64,000 bases of DNA from positions 384,001-448,000 of the forward strand of contig CAXXMU010000006.1 in the NCBI GenBank assembly GCA_963667785.2, in the 5' to 3' direction. Source of the stretch: Alphaproteobacteria bacterium (GTDB lineage Bacteria > Pseudomonadota > Alphaproteobacteria > UBA828). Below are positions 42,901 to 51,653 of this stretch, piece by piece. The position numbers and the translations under genes were made by a program. The number at the start of each line of letters is the position of its first letter. Positions within the stretch are counted from its first letter, which is position 1. The notes beneath the pieces are model-generated. The model was not told the origin of the DNA. It did not search any database and saw only the letters and a program-made list of their open reading frames with translations.

Positions 42901-43535
42901 TCCGTCCGGGCCGCCTCGCCCAGCATGTCGTAGGAGTAGCTGTAGCCCTCCGCCTCCAGCTCGGCCGCGCGGTCCATGGCCTCGCCCATGTCGCGGCCGA
43001 GCACGAAGTGGTGCCCGAGCTCCCGCATCGCCTGAGCGACCGCCGCGCGGATGACCGGCTCGCCGAGGCGCCTGATCGCGCCCTGCAGCGCGCCGGCCAG
43101 GCCCTCGTCGGCCTCGCTCAGCACCTTTCCGGTCAGCAGCAGCGCCCAGGTGGACGCGTTGACCAGCGGCGAGCTCGAATGGCCGAGATGGGCCGCCCAG
43201 TCCGACGTACCGATCTTGTCCTCGATCAGCGCGTCGATGGTCTCGGTGTCGGGCACGCGCAGCAGCGCCTCGGCCAGGCACATGAGCGCCACGCCCTCGC
43301 GGCTCGAGAGCCCGTACTCCGCGAGGAAGCCCTGCATGATCGAGGCGCCGGCGCTGGCCCGGACGGTGCGGACCAGCTCGACCGCATGCGCCGCGATGGC
43401 TTCCCGGTCTGGCGCGGACAGCCGGGCGGCCTCGACACATTCGCGCACGGCCTGCGCCTCGTCCTCGAGGGTCGCGGCGCGCATCCGTGCGCGAATGTGG
43501 GAGAGACGCTCGTGCCCGTCCGGCGCCCTGCTCAC
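39927..43535 (-). CDS. putA: Bifunctional proline dehydrogenase / P5C dehydrogenase (no N-terminal RHH domain)
   Basis: GVALMCLAEALLR, RLVKGAYW, QFATHN, FQRLHGMG, ISPWNFP, ETGG, SAGQRCSA; GTGA overlap with the permease stop. Confidence 0.96.
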   Translation of the reverse strand: MSRAPDGHERLSHIRARMRAATLEDEAQAVRECVEAARLSAPDREAIAAHAVELVRTVRASAGASIMQGFLAEYGLSSREGVALMCLAEALLRVPDTETIDALIEDKIGTSDWAAHLGHSSSPLVNASTWALLLTGKVLSEADEGLAGALQGAIRRLGEPVIRAAVAQAMRELGHHFVLGRDMGEAMDRAAELEAEGYSYSYDMLGEAARTEADARRYHLAYSDSITALAATGMGKGIRDRPGVSVKLSALHPRYEFGQRDRVMTELVARIRALALLARSAGIGLNVDAEEADRLDLSLDVMEAVIGEPALDGWDGFGVVVQAYGKRATHLIDWIGALAGRHGRRIMVRLVKGAYWDSEIKHAQVLGLDGFPVFTRKAGTDVSYLACARRLLSMTDRLYPQFATHNAHTMAAVLHMADDLSGFEFQRLHGMGEALHEAVRASHGVRCRIYAPVGAHHDLLAYLVRRLLENGANNSFVNQIVDESVTAEEIARDPVAAVEEKGGAFANPRIAAPAALFLPARRNARGWDLTDPLAVAAIERARAPFRAAAWEAGPLIAGTTRGAGRQEVRNPAHPDDLVGHVVQAAPADIEAALAAARAGAAAWATLGAGERGRLLCRVADLYEAHAAELFALAAREAGKTWPDCVAEVREACDFARFYASEAERVCAGADATPCGVIACISPWNFPLAIFSGQVFGALSAGNAVVAKPAEQTPLIAARAVRLMHEAGIPPDAVQLLPGDGETVGAALVADPRIDGVCFTGSTGTARLINRAMAAHLAPHAPLIAETGGLNAMIVDSTALPEQAVRDIVVSAFQSAGQRCSALRVLYVQRDIEERLLAMLFGAMDELRIGDPWALATDIGPVIDDDAQARIEAHCAQAEGEGRLLKRLDTPGGGRFVPPAVLRVDGIEALGEEIFGPVLHVARFGTDEIDAVIDAVNAAGYGLTFGVHTRIDDRVQHIVDRVRAGNIYVNRNQIGAVVGSQPFGGEGESGTGPKAGGPHYVRRLVAAAAPQGGRPAGAVIDRGLLEVAVADAGRSLGPGPQRSGVAARACGERFSPLDLPGPTGESNRLSFAPRGVVLCLGPGADAARAQVALARDAGNAALVVAEGATAAFSSLAHDPHVIVLDGQVAAQDLATVGGIAAVACAAERDVLQAMRAALARRPGPILPLISEPGAAERYVLERHVCVDTTAAGGNASLLAEAGE

Positions 43536-44473
43536 CGCCGCTTGCCGGACGCGCTGATCCCGATGGCGGCGAGGATGACCAGCCCGGTGGTCAGGTCGCG
43601 GTAGAAGGGATCGGCGTTGAGGATGTTGAAGCCGTTGCTGATGAGCGCCAGCAGGAAGACGCCGCCGAGGCTCCGCCACACCGCGCCGGCGCCGCCGTAG
43701 ATGCTGGTGCCGCCCAGGATCACCGCGGCGATGGCCTGCAGCTCCATGCCCTGCCCGGCCGCCGCCTGCCCCAGCGCCACGCGCGAGGTGGCGATGATCG
43801 AGGCGAGCCCCGCGGCGAAGCCGGCGATGGCGAAGGTGGCGGTCTTGACCCGGTCCGTGCGGATGCCGGAGAGCACCGCCGCCTCCTCGTTGCCGCCGAC
43901 GGCGAAGACCCGCCGGCCGAAGGCGGTCCGGGTCAGCGTGAAGGTCAGGATCATGGCGAAGACGGCCATGATCCAGACGGCGATGAAGACGCCGCCCACC
44001 TTGTCGCGCCCGAGCCAGGTGAAGGTGTCGAGGCGGACGGAGATCAGCCGCCCGTCGGAGATGACGATGGCGACGCCCTTGAAGATCAGACTCGTGGCGA
44101 TGGTGGCGAGGAACGAGTGGACCCTGAGCGCGTTGATGACGACGCCGTTCATGGTGCCGAGGATCAGGCCGATGAAGGGCGCCACGAAGAGACCGAGATA
44201 GGGGTCCACATGGAGCGCGATCCAGGCCGACATGACCGAGCCCATGGAGAAGATCGCCGCCACCGAGAGGTCGAACCCGCCGGCAATGATGACCAGCGTC
44301 ATGGCGCACGCCATGATCGCGAGCGGCGCGTTCTGGTTGAGGATGTTCAGCAGGTTGCGGGGCGTCAGGAAGTTTTCCGACAGCATGCTGAGCGCGATGA
44401 CCAGGAACACGACCATGATCAGGACCGCGTAGGTCTGCAGGAAGCGGCCGATATGGAAGCCCTTAACCCGCAT
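43532..44473 (-). CDS. ABC transporter permease (RbsC/CUT2 type)
   Basis: GGFDLSV, AVGGNEEAA..SGI, ELQAIAAVILGGTS. Confidence 0.92.
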   Translation of the reverse strand: MRVKGFHIGRFLQTYAVLIMVVFLVIALSMLSENFLTPRNLLNILNQNAPLAIMACAMTLVIIAGGFDLSVAAIFSMGSVMSAWIALHVDPYLGLFVAPFIGLILGTMNGVVINALRVHSFLATIATSLIFKGVAIVISDGRLISVRLDTFTWLGRDKVGGVFIAVWIMAVFAMILTFTLTRTAFGRRVFAVGGNEEAAVLSGIRTDRVKTATFAIAGFAAGLASIIATSRVALGQAAAGQGMELQAIAAVILGGTSIYGGAGAVWRSLGGVFLLALISNGFNILNADPFYRDLTTGLVILAAIGISASGKRR

Positions 44474-44485
44474 ATCTCACCATGG

Positions 44486-46003
44486 TCACGGCCCGCGCCT
44501 GCGGCTCTGGTGCTGGAAGAGCAGCGCCAGCAGGTCGGCCTCGCTCGACTCCTCCGGGATCACCTCCTTCACGATGCGCCCGCCGTCCGCCAGATAGGCG
44601 CGATGGGCCAGGCCCAGCACCTCCTCGATCTCGCTGGAGATGAGGAGGACGCCGGTTCCGCCCGCCGCCAGCTCGGCGATGGCGAAGTGGATGCGCTCGC
44701 GCGCGCCCACGTCCACGCCCCGGCTCGGCTCGTCGAGGATCACGATGTCCGGGTTCTCCATCAGCCACTTGCCGATCAGGACCTTCTGCTGGTTGCCGCC
44801 GGAGAAGGTCGCCACGTTGCCGTTGGGGTCGGCGGGGCGCACGCGGAAATGCTCGATCAGGCTCGTGGCGCGCGCGCGCTCGGCACGGCGTCGCACGACA
44901 CCGAGGTGCGCGAAGCGACCCAGGTGCGGCAGGGTCATGTTGGGCGAGACGCGCATGGTCATCACCAGGCCCTGCTTGCGGCGGTCCTCCGGCGACATCA
45001 CCATGCCGAGCGCCGCCGAGCGCCGGATCGAGCGCTTGCGGTAGACCTCGCCCCTGAGCCGGACCTCGCCGCCGGTCGCCGGGTCCGCACCGACGATCGC
45101 GCGGGCGATCTCGCTCCTGCCGCTGCCGACGAGGCCGGTGAGGCCGACGATCTCGCCCCGGCCGACCGAGAGGCTCGCGCCGTTCGCGCCCTGCTCGCTC
45201 TCGAGACCCTCGACCTCGAGCACCGGCTCGGGATCGGCGGGGCGGGCCTTGGGCGGGAAGGGAGTCTCGCTCTTGCCGCCGCCGAGCATGGCCGCAACCA
45301 GGCTGGAGCGGGTCTCCTCCGCTGCCGGCCCCGTCTTCACGTGCTCGCCGTCGCGCAGCACGGTGATGCGGTCGGATACCTCGAGGATGTCGTTGAGGAA
45401 GTGCGAGACGTAGATGATCGACCGCCCCTCGTCCCGCAGCGTCCGCATCGCGAGGTGGAGCTGCGATACCTCGTCCCGCGAGAGCGATGACGTGGGCTCG
45501 TCCATCACGATGATTCGCGCGTCACGCGCGAGCGCCCTCAGGATCTCGATCTTCTGCTGGTCGGCGATGGGCAGCCGCGAGACGACCGCGTTGGGGTCGA
45601 GCTGAAAGCCGCTCGCCGCCATCAGCGTCTCGAGCCGCGCTGCCTCGGAGCGGCGCAGCACGCCCCAGCGTTGCTCCTCGAGGCCGAGAAACACGTTCTC
45701 CGCCACGGTGAGCGCCGGCACGAGCTGAAGCTCCTGATGCATGATCGCGACGCCCTTCGACAGCGCGGTGAGCGGGTCCCACGTGCCGGTCGGCTCGCCG
45801 AACACCTCGAGCGAGCCCGCGCTCGCGGCGTAGTAGCCGCCCAGCACCTTCCCCAGCGTCGACTTGCCGGCGCCGTTCTCGCCGATCAACCCGTGGATCT
45901 CGCCCGGCAGGATGTCCACGGTGACGTCGCGGAGCACCCAGACCCCGGCGAAGGCGACCCCGATGCCGTTGGCCCTGAGCGCAGGCTCGCCGGTCTCGCT
46001 CAT
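44486..46003 (-). CDS. ABC transporter ATP-binding protein (RbsA/CUT2 type, two NBDs)
   Basis: GENGAGKST, MDEPT, PEDRRKQG, SGGNQQK, DEPSRGVD. Confidence 0.93.
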   Translation of the reverse strand: MSETGEPALRANGIGVAFAGVWVLRDVTVDILPGEIHGLIGENGAGKSTLGKVLGGYYAASAGSLEVFGEPTGTWDPLTALSKGVAIMHQELQLVPALTVAENVFLGLEEQRWGVLRRSEAARLETLMAASGFQLDPNAVVSRLPIADQQKIEILRALARDARIIVMDEPTSSLSRDEVSQLHLAMRTLRDEGRSIIYVSHFLNDILEVSDRITVLRDGEHVKTGPAAEETRSSLVAAMLGGGKSETPFPPKARPADPEPVLEVEGLESEQGANGASLSVGRGEIVGLTGLVGSGRSEIARAIVGADPATGGEVRLRGEVYRKRSIRRSAALGMVMSPEDRRKQGLVMTMRVSPNMTLPHLGRFAHLGVVRRRAERARATSLIEHFRVRPADPNGNVATFSGGNQQKVLIGKWLMENPDIVILDEPSRGVDVGARERIHFAIAELAAGGTGVLLISSEIEEVLGLAHRAYLADGGRIVKEVIPEESSEADLLALLFQHQSRRRGP

Positions 46004-46015
46004 CGCCGCCCGCCG

Positions 46016-47740
46016 TCAGGCGCGCGGTTCGGACCCTGCCTCGTCCACTGCGATGCCGGGGGCGATCCGCACGCCATAGTCCCTCCATGCGCCGTCGGGA
46101 GAAACGTAACCCCGTTCGACGTCCGTGCACACGGCCGTGAAGGGGCGCGCCTTCGGGTCGCCGTTGCCCCCGCCGCCGCCCGTCCTGGTCTCGACCACCG
46201 TGCCGGCGGCGACGGGCCGGGCGCGCATCTTGAGCGGATCCTCGGTGGCGCCGTCGGGATGGGAGATCCTGATCGCGGGTCCGCTTCCGTCGCGGCCGCC
46301 GTTCAGCCCCCAGGCGGGCGTGCGCGAGCGCTCGAACCAGAGCGCACAGTAGCAGTCCTCCAGCGTCCTGTAGCGGCGGACGACGCCGCAGCCACCGCGA
46401 TGCTGCCCCGGCCCGCCCGAATCGGTGCGGATCGAGAACTCCTCGAGGCGGACGGGGAACTTGGTCTCCATCACCTCCGCCGGGATGTTGCGGAAGCTGC
46501 CGTTCACCAGGTTGACGAGCGCGCTCTCGCCGTCGCCGTCGGCCCGCCCGCCCCAGCCGCCGGCGGTCGGCTCGATGGACATCCACTGGCCGCGCTTGGG
46601 ATCGACGGAGAAGAACGCCGCCACCATCGAATCCCCGTAGTGGGCGGCGGTGGAGCGCTCCGGCATGGCCTCGGAGAGGCACGAGATGAAGAGGTCGGCC
46701 AGCAGCCCGAGGCCAGTGAAGTACCACTCGCACGCAGCCGGCTCCCTGGCGTTGAACAGGCAGTCGTCGGGCATGCGCACCGTCATCGTCTCGAAGGAGC
46801 CGCCGGTGATGGCGCGCTCCGGGTTGATCATCGTCTTGTAGGCGAGCCGGAGCAGGGACACGGTCTGGCTCGCGCCGCAGTTGACGGAGCCGGGGACGAC
46901 GCCGGACGAGCCGGCGAGGTCGACGGTCAGCGCGTCGCCTTCGACGGTGAGCGTGAGCGCGACCTTCACCGGCTCGGTGCCGACGCCGTCATTGTCGAGA
47001 TAGCCCTCGCGGTACCAGGTGCCGTCCCGGATCGCGGCGATCGCCTCTCGGTCCATGCGCCGCGCCTGCTCGAAGATGTTGTCGCAGGCCGCGCGGTAGG
47101 TGTCTGCGCCGATGCGCTCCAGAAGCTGCGACAGCCGCCGCTCGCCGGTGCGGATGGCGGCGATCTGGGCATCGAGATCGCCGATGCTCGCGTCCGGCAG
47201 GCGGGTGTTGAGCCGCAGCAGGTCGAACCATTCGCGGATTGGCTTGCCCTTCGCCACGATACGGGTCGGCCCGAGCCTGAGCCCTTCCTGGTAGATGTTC
47301 GTGGAGCCCATCACCGTGCCGGGATCGATGGCGCCGATGTCGTTCCAGTGCGCCCGCGCGGCGCCGAAGCCGATCAGCTCGCCCTCGAAGAAGATGGGCC
47401 CGACCGCTGTCACGTCGTGCAGGTGCGAGCCCTGCATGTAGCTGTCGTTCATGATGAAGACGTCGCCCTGGGCGATGTCGTCGCCGTAATAGGCCTTCAC
47501 GTGGTGGACGTTGGCGTCGATGGCGCCGATGAAGAGTGGCACGCCGGTCGACTGCCCCAGCATGTTGCCGTCCGCATCCAGCAGAGCGACGGCGCTGTCC
47601 CTGCCCTCGTAGATCACCGCCGAATGGGCCGAACGCCAGAGCGATGCGTTCATGTCCTCGGCGCAGGAGATGACGAAGTTCCGCACGATCTCGGTCGTGA
47701 CCGGGTCCGCCGCGTTGCGCAGGATCGCGTCGTTCATCAC
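46016..47740 (-). CDS. Hydantoinase B / oxoprolinase family subunit
   Basis: NDSYMQGSHLHD, AHWNDIG, QEGLR, SGGPGQHRGG, TGGGGGNGDP. Confidence 0.93.
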   Translation of the reverse strand: MMNDAILRNAADPVTTEIVRNFVISCAEDMNASLWRSAHSAVIYEGRDSAVALLDADGNMLGQSTGVPLFIGAIDANVHHVKAYYGDDIAQGDVFIMNDSYMQGSHLHDVTAVGPIFFEGELIGFGAARAHWNDIGAIDPGTVMGSTNIYQEGLRLGPTRIVAKGKPIREWFDLLRLNTRLPDASIGDLDAQIAAIRTGERRLSQLLERIGADTYRAACDNIFEQARRMDREAIAAIRDGTWYREGYLDNDGVGTEPVKVALTLTVEGDALTVDLAGSSGVVPGSVNCGASQTVSLLRLAYKTMINPERAITGGSFETMTVRMPDDCLFNAREPAACEWYFTGLGLLADLFISCLSEAMPERSTAAHYGDSMVAAFFSVDPKRGQWMSIEPTAGGWGGRADGDGESALVNLVNGSFRNIPAEVMETKFPVRLEEFSIRTDSGGPGQHRGGCGVVRRYRTLEDCYCALWFERSRTPAWGLNGGRDGSGPAIRISHPDGATEDPLKMRARPVAAGTVVETRTGGGGGNGDPKARPFTAVCTDVERGYVSPDGAWRDYGVRIAPGIAVDEAGSEPRA

Positions 47741-49761
47741 CCTGTCTCCCTCGTCATGGAGAGGTGGCCGCCCTCGATCACCGCCGCCAGCCAGCCCGGC
47801 GGTACCAGCGTGGTCGCCGTCGCTTCCTCGATGATCGCAGGCCCCGGCACGGCATCGCCAGGCTCGAGCCCGTTGCGGTCGAGGACCGGCGTGCTCAGCG
47901 GGCGGCCAGCGAAGAAGACCTCGCGTGCCCGCGGCGCCCGTGCGGGCTCCGCCGCCGGCGGTGCTGACGCCGGGCGCTCCAGCCGGCCGAGCGCGGCAAC
48001 GCGGATGTTCGCCATCTCGACCCGGTTCTCCGGGCTAGAGTGGCCGTACTGGCGGTCGTAGGCGACGTCGAAGCTCCGCCGCACGGCATCCATGTCGATG
48101 GGGCCGTCCGGGATCGGGATGGTCAGCACGTATTCCTGCCCGTAGTAGCGGAAGTCGATGGCCCGCTCGAAGGCGATGGCGTCGTCTGCGATCCCTTCGT
48201 CCAGGAGCTGCCGGCGGCCCGTCTCCTGAAGCCCTGCGAAGGCGGCTTCGAGCCGGGAAGGCTCCATCAGGTCCCAGAAGCCGTAGAGGGTCTCCTTGCG
48301 GTCGTGGCGGACATCGGTCTGCAGCATGCCCCAAGCGGAGAAGGCGCCGGGATGCACCGGCACGATGACTTCCCGGATCTGCAACTCCTCGGCGAGCGCG
48401 CCGGCCTGAGCCGGCCCTGCGCCGCCGAAGGCCACGAGGGAGAAATCCCTCGGGTCGATGCCGCGTTGCACGGTGATGGTGCGGATCGCGTCCGCCATCT
48501 TGGCGTTGACCACGTCCACGACGCCCTGCGCCATGGCTTCCGCGCTGAGCCCGAAGACGTCGCCGATGGTCGCGAGCGCCCGCACGGCCGCGTCGCGGTC
48601 CAGCGCCATCGCCCCGCCGGAGAAATTGGCGCCGTCGAGCCGCCCGAGCACGAGATTGGCGTCCGAGACGGTGGGCTCGCTGCCGCCCAGCCCGTAGCAG
48701 GCCGGCCCCGGCATGGAGCCCGCGGACTGCGGGCCGACGCGCATGGCGCCCGCCTCCTCCCAGGCGATGGAGCCGCCGCCGGCGCCGATAACGTGGATGT
48801 CGACGATCGACATCTGCACCGGCAGCCCCTCCAGCTTGGCCTCGTTGGAGCCCGACGGCAGCCCGTCGATGATGAGGCTCGCGTCGAAGGAGGTGCCGCC
48901 CATGTCGATGCAGATCAGATTGGGCCGCCCCGTCGCGGCCGAGAGCGCCCTGCCGCCGATGGCGCCGCCGACCGGGCCGGAAAGGAGCGTCTGCAGCGGC
49001 GAGTCGCTGGCGAATTGCGCGGTCATGACCCCGCCGTTGGACTGCATCACGTGCAGCCCCCGCCCTTGAGGCAGGCGGTCGCTGAGGCCGCCGATCAGGG
49101 TCTCCAGATAGCGCCGCACGACCGGTGCGAGGTAGCTGTCCATCACGGTCGTGGAGGTCCGCTCGAACTCCCGCCACTCGGGCGAGACCCGGTGCGACAG
49201 TCCGATGGGGATGCCGGGCAGGCGGGCGGAGAGGTACGCGGCCGCCTCCAGCTCGTGCGCCGGGTTCTTGAAGGAGAACAGGAAGGCGATGGCGACCGCC
49301 TCGAATCCCTCCCTCTCCACCGCCTCCACCAGGCGGTTGAGGTCCTCCGTTTCCAGCGGCGTCACCACCTCGCCGGTCGCCGCGATCCGCTCCCGCGCCG
49401 TGAAGGTGTGCTCGAGCGGGGCGAGCGGCGCCGGCTTGTTCCAGCGAATCGAGAAGATCTCGCCCCGGTCGTTGCCCTGGATCGTGTAGACGTCCCGAAA
49501 GTTCTCGGTGGTCAGCAGCGCGACCTTGGCGCCGCGCCGGGTCAGCAGCGCGTTCAGCCCCACGGTCGTGCCGTGGACGAAGAATTCGATCGCCGCATCG
49601 GGCGGAATCGCCGCCTCGATGCCCTGCAGCACGGCCAGGGCCGGATCGTCCGGCGTGGACAGGCACTTCGTCGCGCCGCAGGCGCCGGTCGAGCAATCCT
49701 GATAGACGATGTCGGTGAAGGTGCCACCGATATCGGCGGACACCCGATAGTGTCGGGTCAC
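47737..49761 (-). CDS. Hydantoinase A / oxoprolinase family subunit (ATP-binding)
   Basis: DIGGTFTD, HGTT, REFER, SGPVGG, DMGGTS, GAGGGS, PGPACYG, AFGGAG. Confidence 0.94.
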   Translation of the reverse strand: MTRHYRVSADIGGTFTDIVYQDCSTGACGATKCLSTPDDPALAVLQGIEAAIPPDAAIEFFVHGTTVGLNALLTRRGAKVALLTTENFRDVYTIQGNDRGEIFSIRWNKPAPLAPLEHTFTARERIAATGEVVTPLETEDLNRLVEAVEREGFEAVAIAFLFSFKNPAHELEAAAYLSARLPGIPIGLSHRVSPEWREFERTSTTVMDSYLAPVVRRYLETLIGGLSDRLPQGRGLHVMQSNGGVMTAQFASDSPLQTLLSGPVGGAIGGRALSAATGRPNLICIDMGGTSFDASLIIDGLPSGSNEAKLEGLPVQMSIVDIHVIGAGGGSIAWEEAGAMRVGPQSAGSMPGPACYGLGGSEPTVSDANLVLGRLDGANFSGGAMALDRDAAVRALATIGDVFGLSAEAMAQGVVDVVNAKMADAIRTITVQRGIDPRDFSLVAFGGAGPAQAGALAEELQIREVIVPVHPGAFSAWGMLQTDVRHDRKETLYGFWDLMEPSRLEAAFAGLQETGRRQLLDEGIADDAIAFERAIDFRYYGQEYVLTIPIPDGPIDMDAVRRSFDVAYDRQYGHSSPENRVEMANIRVAALGRLERPASAPPAAEPARAPRAREVFFAGRPLSTPVLDRNGLEPGDAVPGPAIIEEATATTLVPPGWLAAVIEGGHLSMTRETG

Positions 49762-49786
49762 GTCGCCACCCCAGGCGGAAATGGGC

Positions 49787-49810
49787 CGCCGGGGCTACGC
49801 GGCCCCGGCG
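49787..49810 (-). terminator. GC-rich hairpin after the substrate-binding protein gene (mRNA stabiliser or partial terminator)
   Basis: CGCCGGGGC-TACGCG-GCCCCGGCG, perfect 9-bp stem. Confidence 0.5.
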
Positions 49811-49827
49811 ACCGTCTTGCTTCGCCG

Positions 49828-50817
49828 CTACTGCTCCCACTCGCCCCTGAAGTCGGGGTTCGCGTCGAGAATGGCCTTGTCGATCATGGCCTGGAGCGGG
49901 CCCGAAACGTCCATGTTGATGGCGTTGGTGACGGCCTTGCCTTCGATGGCGTTGGCGATCTGCTCCATCGCCAGCGCGCCCATGGTCTTGGGGAAGTAGG
50001 CCAGCGTGGCGTCCCAGCGCCCTTCGCGGATCGCCTCGATCGAGATCGCCGCGGCGCCGCCGCCGATGAGGTAGAGGTCGGCCACGTTGTAGCCCTCTGC
50101 CTCCAGCGCGATCTCTGCCCCCACCAGATGCTGGTCGGCGTTGGAGAGCACCACGTGCACGTCCCTGGCCGCCTGCAGCATGTCCTGCATCGCCTTCAGC
50201 GAGGTATCCGGCGAATACCAGCCTTCACCGGTGCCCACGATCTTGATGTTGGGATACTGGGCCAGGACCTTCTCGAAGGTTTCGAGCCGGAGATTGTCGA
50301 AGGGGAAGGTCTTGAAGCCGATGATGATGATGACGTTGCAGGGATCCTTGTCGGCGCAGTAGGCCGCTGCGGCCTCGGCCTGCCAGGTGGCGCCGTCCAC
50401 GGGCGGCGATGCGACGGTCGCCGTGATGCCGGTCACCTGGGGCTCGAGGGTGTTGAGCTCCGGCCCGATGGGGAAGAGGACGGTCGCGATCGGCACGTCG
50501 GCCTCGATCACCTGCTCGAACGCGCCGGAGATGCCGACCGGGTCGTTGGGCGCCACGATCATGCCCTCGAACCGGCCGCTGGCGAGCACGTCCTCGATCT
50601 GGCTGTACTGGTGGATCGCGTCGAACTTGCCGTCGAAGATCTCGGCTTCGTAGCCGAGCTCGATGGCCATCTCCTCGACGCCTTCGTAAGTGGCCTGATT
50701 GAAGCCGTTCTGCGAAGAGGCCGCGAAGAAGGCGACCTTCGATTGCGCCATCGCCTCGGCGGATAGCCCGAGGGCCAGGGCTGCGGCCGCGAGCGCGACC
50801 GTGATCGAACGGGTCAT
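49828..50817 (-). CDS. ABC substrate-binding protein (RbsB-like periplasmic fold)
   Basis: Signal peptide, QYSQIED, IVAPND, IGGGAA.ISIEAIREG; GGAGG RBS. Confidence 0.88.
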   Translation of the reverse strand: MTRSITVALAAAALALGLSAEAMAQSKVAFFAASSQNGFNQATYEGVEEMAIELGYEAEIFDGKFDAIHQYSQIEDVLASGRFEGMIVAPNDPVGISGAFEQVIEADVPIATVLFPIGPELNTLEPQVTGITATVASPPVDGATWQAEAAAAYCADKDPCNVIIIIGFKTFPFDNLRLETFEKVLAQYPNIKIVGTGEGWYSPDTSLKAMQDMLQAARDVHVVLSNADQHLVGAEIALEAEGYNVADLYLIGGGAAAISIEAIREGRWDATLAYFPKTMGALAMEQIANAIEGKAVTNAINMDVSGPLQAMIDKAILDANPDFRGEWEQ

Positions 50818-50853
50818 CTCGTCTCCTCCCGTCTGCGTTCTTGACTGACTGGC

Positions 50854-50881
50854 AGTTTATCATTATGCAAACATAATGCAA
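50854..50881. promoter_or_regulatory. Divergent promoter with palindromic operator (candidate GntR site)
   Basis: CATTATG-CAAA-CATAATG (50861-50878) lies within and overlaps minus-strand TTGCAT-N16-TAAACT. Confidence 0.6.
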
Positions 50882-50894
50882 TCCCGTACGGCAC

Positions 50895-51653
50895 GTGGAT
50901 CACGGATCTGAACCCAAGCGCATGGCGGCGGACATCGACGCACTCCCCAAGAAGCGCGGGCGCCGCGGCGCGCTGCAGGTCTATGACGTCCTGCGCGAGG
51001 AAATTCTCTGGCTCAGGATCGCGCCGGGCACCGCGCTCGACGAGCTCGCGCTCGCCGCCCGCTTCGAGGTGTCGCGCACACCCATCCGGGAAGCCCTGCT
51101 CCTCCTTGCCGGCGAGCGGCTCGTCGAGTTCCTGCCGAACAGGACCAGCATCGTCGCGCCCTTCTCGCTCGACAACACCGGCGACTACCTGGATACGGCG
51201 CTGATCATCTCGCGGGCCATGGCGCGCGCGGCGGCATTGTCGGGCAGGGCCGAGGCGGCCGTGCTGAACGAGTACGTGCAGCGCTTCGATCAGGCCGTGC
51301 GGGCGGACGACTGGGAGGCGTCTCTCAGGAGCGAGCTCGCGGCGCTTCGCCATCTGGCGGGACTTTCCGAGAACATCTTCCTCATCAAGTTCTTCGAGCA
51401 GGTCGTCGATGCCGGCATCCGTATGCGGGTGCTGCACTACTACCCCAATGCGACTGCGGACGAGCGTCGCGCGTCGGTCGACCGCCTGCAGGCGCTGGCG
51501 GACGCGGTTCTCGCCGGCGATGCGGGCGAGAGCGACCGCGTCATCGTGCGAATGATCCTGTCCGACTTCGTGATCATCGTCCGCTCCCTTGAGCCGCGCC
51601 TCGGCGCCGAGATGCGGCTCGACCGCATCGGCGAGAGACTGCCCACGCCATGA
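50895..51653 (+). CDS. GntR/FadR family transcriptional regulator
   Basis: wHTH VYDVLREEI...LAARFEVSRTPIREAL and a helical FCD-like C-terminus; alternative ATG at 50922. Confidence 0.92.
   Translation: MDHGSEPKRMAADIDALPKKRGRRGALQVYDVLREEILWLRIAPGTALDELALAARFEVSRTPIREALLLLAGERLVEFLPNRTSIVAPFSLDNTGDYLDTALIISRAMARAAALSGRAEAAVLNEYVQRFDQAVRADDWEASLRSELAALRHLAGLSENIFLIKFFEQVVDAGIRMRVLHYYPNATADERRASVDRLQALADAVLAGDAGESDRVIVRMILSDFVIIVRSLEPRLGAEMRLDRIGERLPTP

Noticed and set aside
39927-44309. 1460-aa ORF suggesting a permease-PutA fusion or a long N-terminal extension
   Set aside because: The extension is an off-frame read through the permease gene (Arg/Gly-rich nonsense); PutA similarity begins near 43535.
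46016-49761. Acetone carboxylase or simple 5-oxoprolinase assignment
   Set aside because: No acetone carboxylase gamma subunit is present, and oxoprolinase alone would not explain the linked prolidase and PutA. Not excluded biochemically.
39990-50766. Very long plus-strand ORFs (39990-43604, 45671-48061, 48040-50766) and similar antisense ORFs elsewhere
   Set aside because: Shadow ORFs opposite well-supported genes, expected with GC-rich codon bias; no recognisable motifs.
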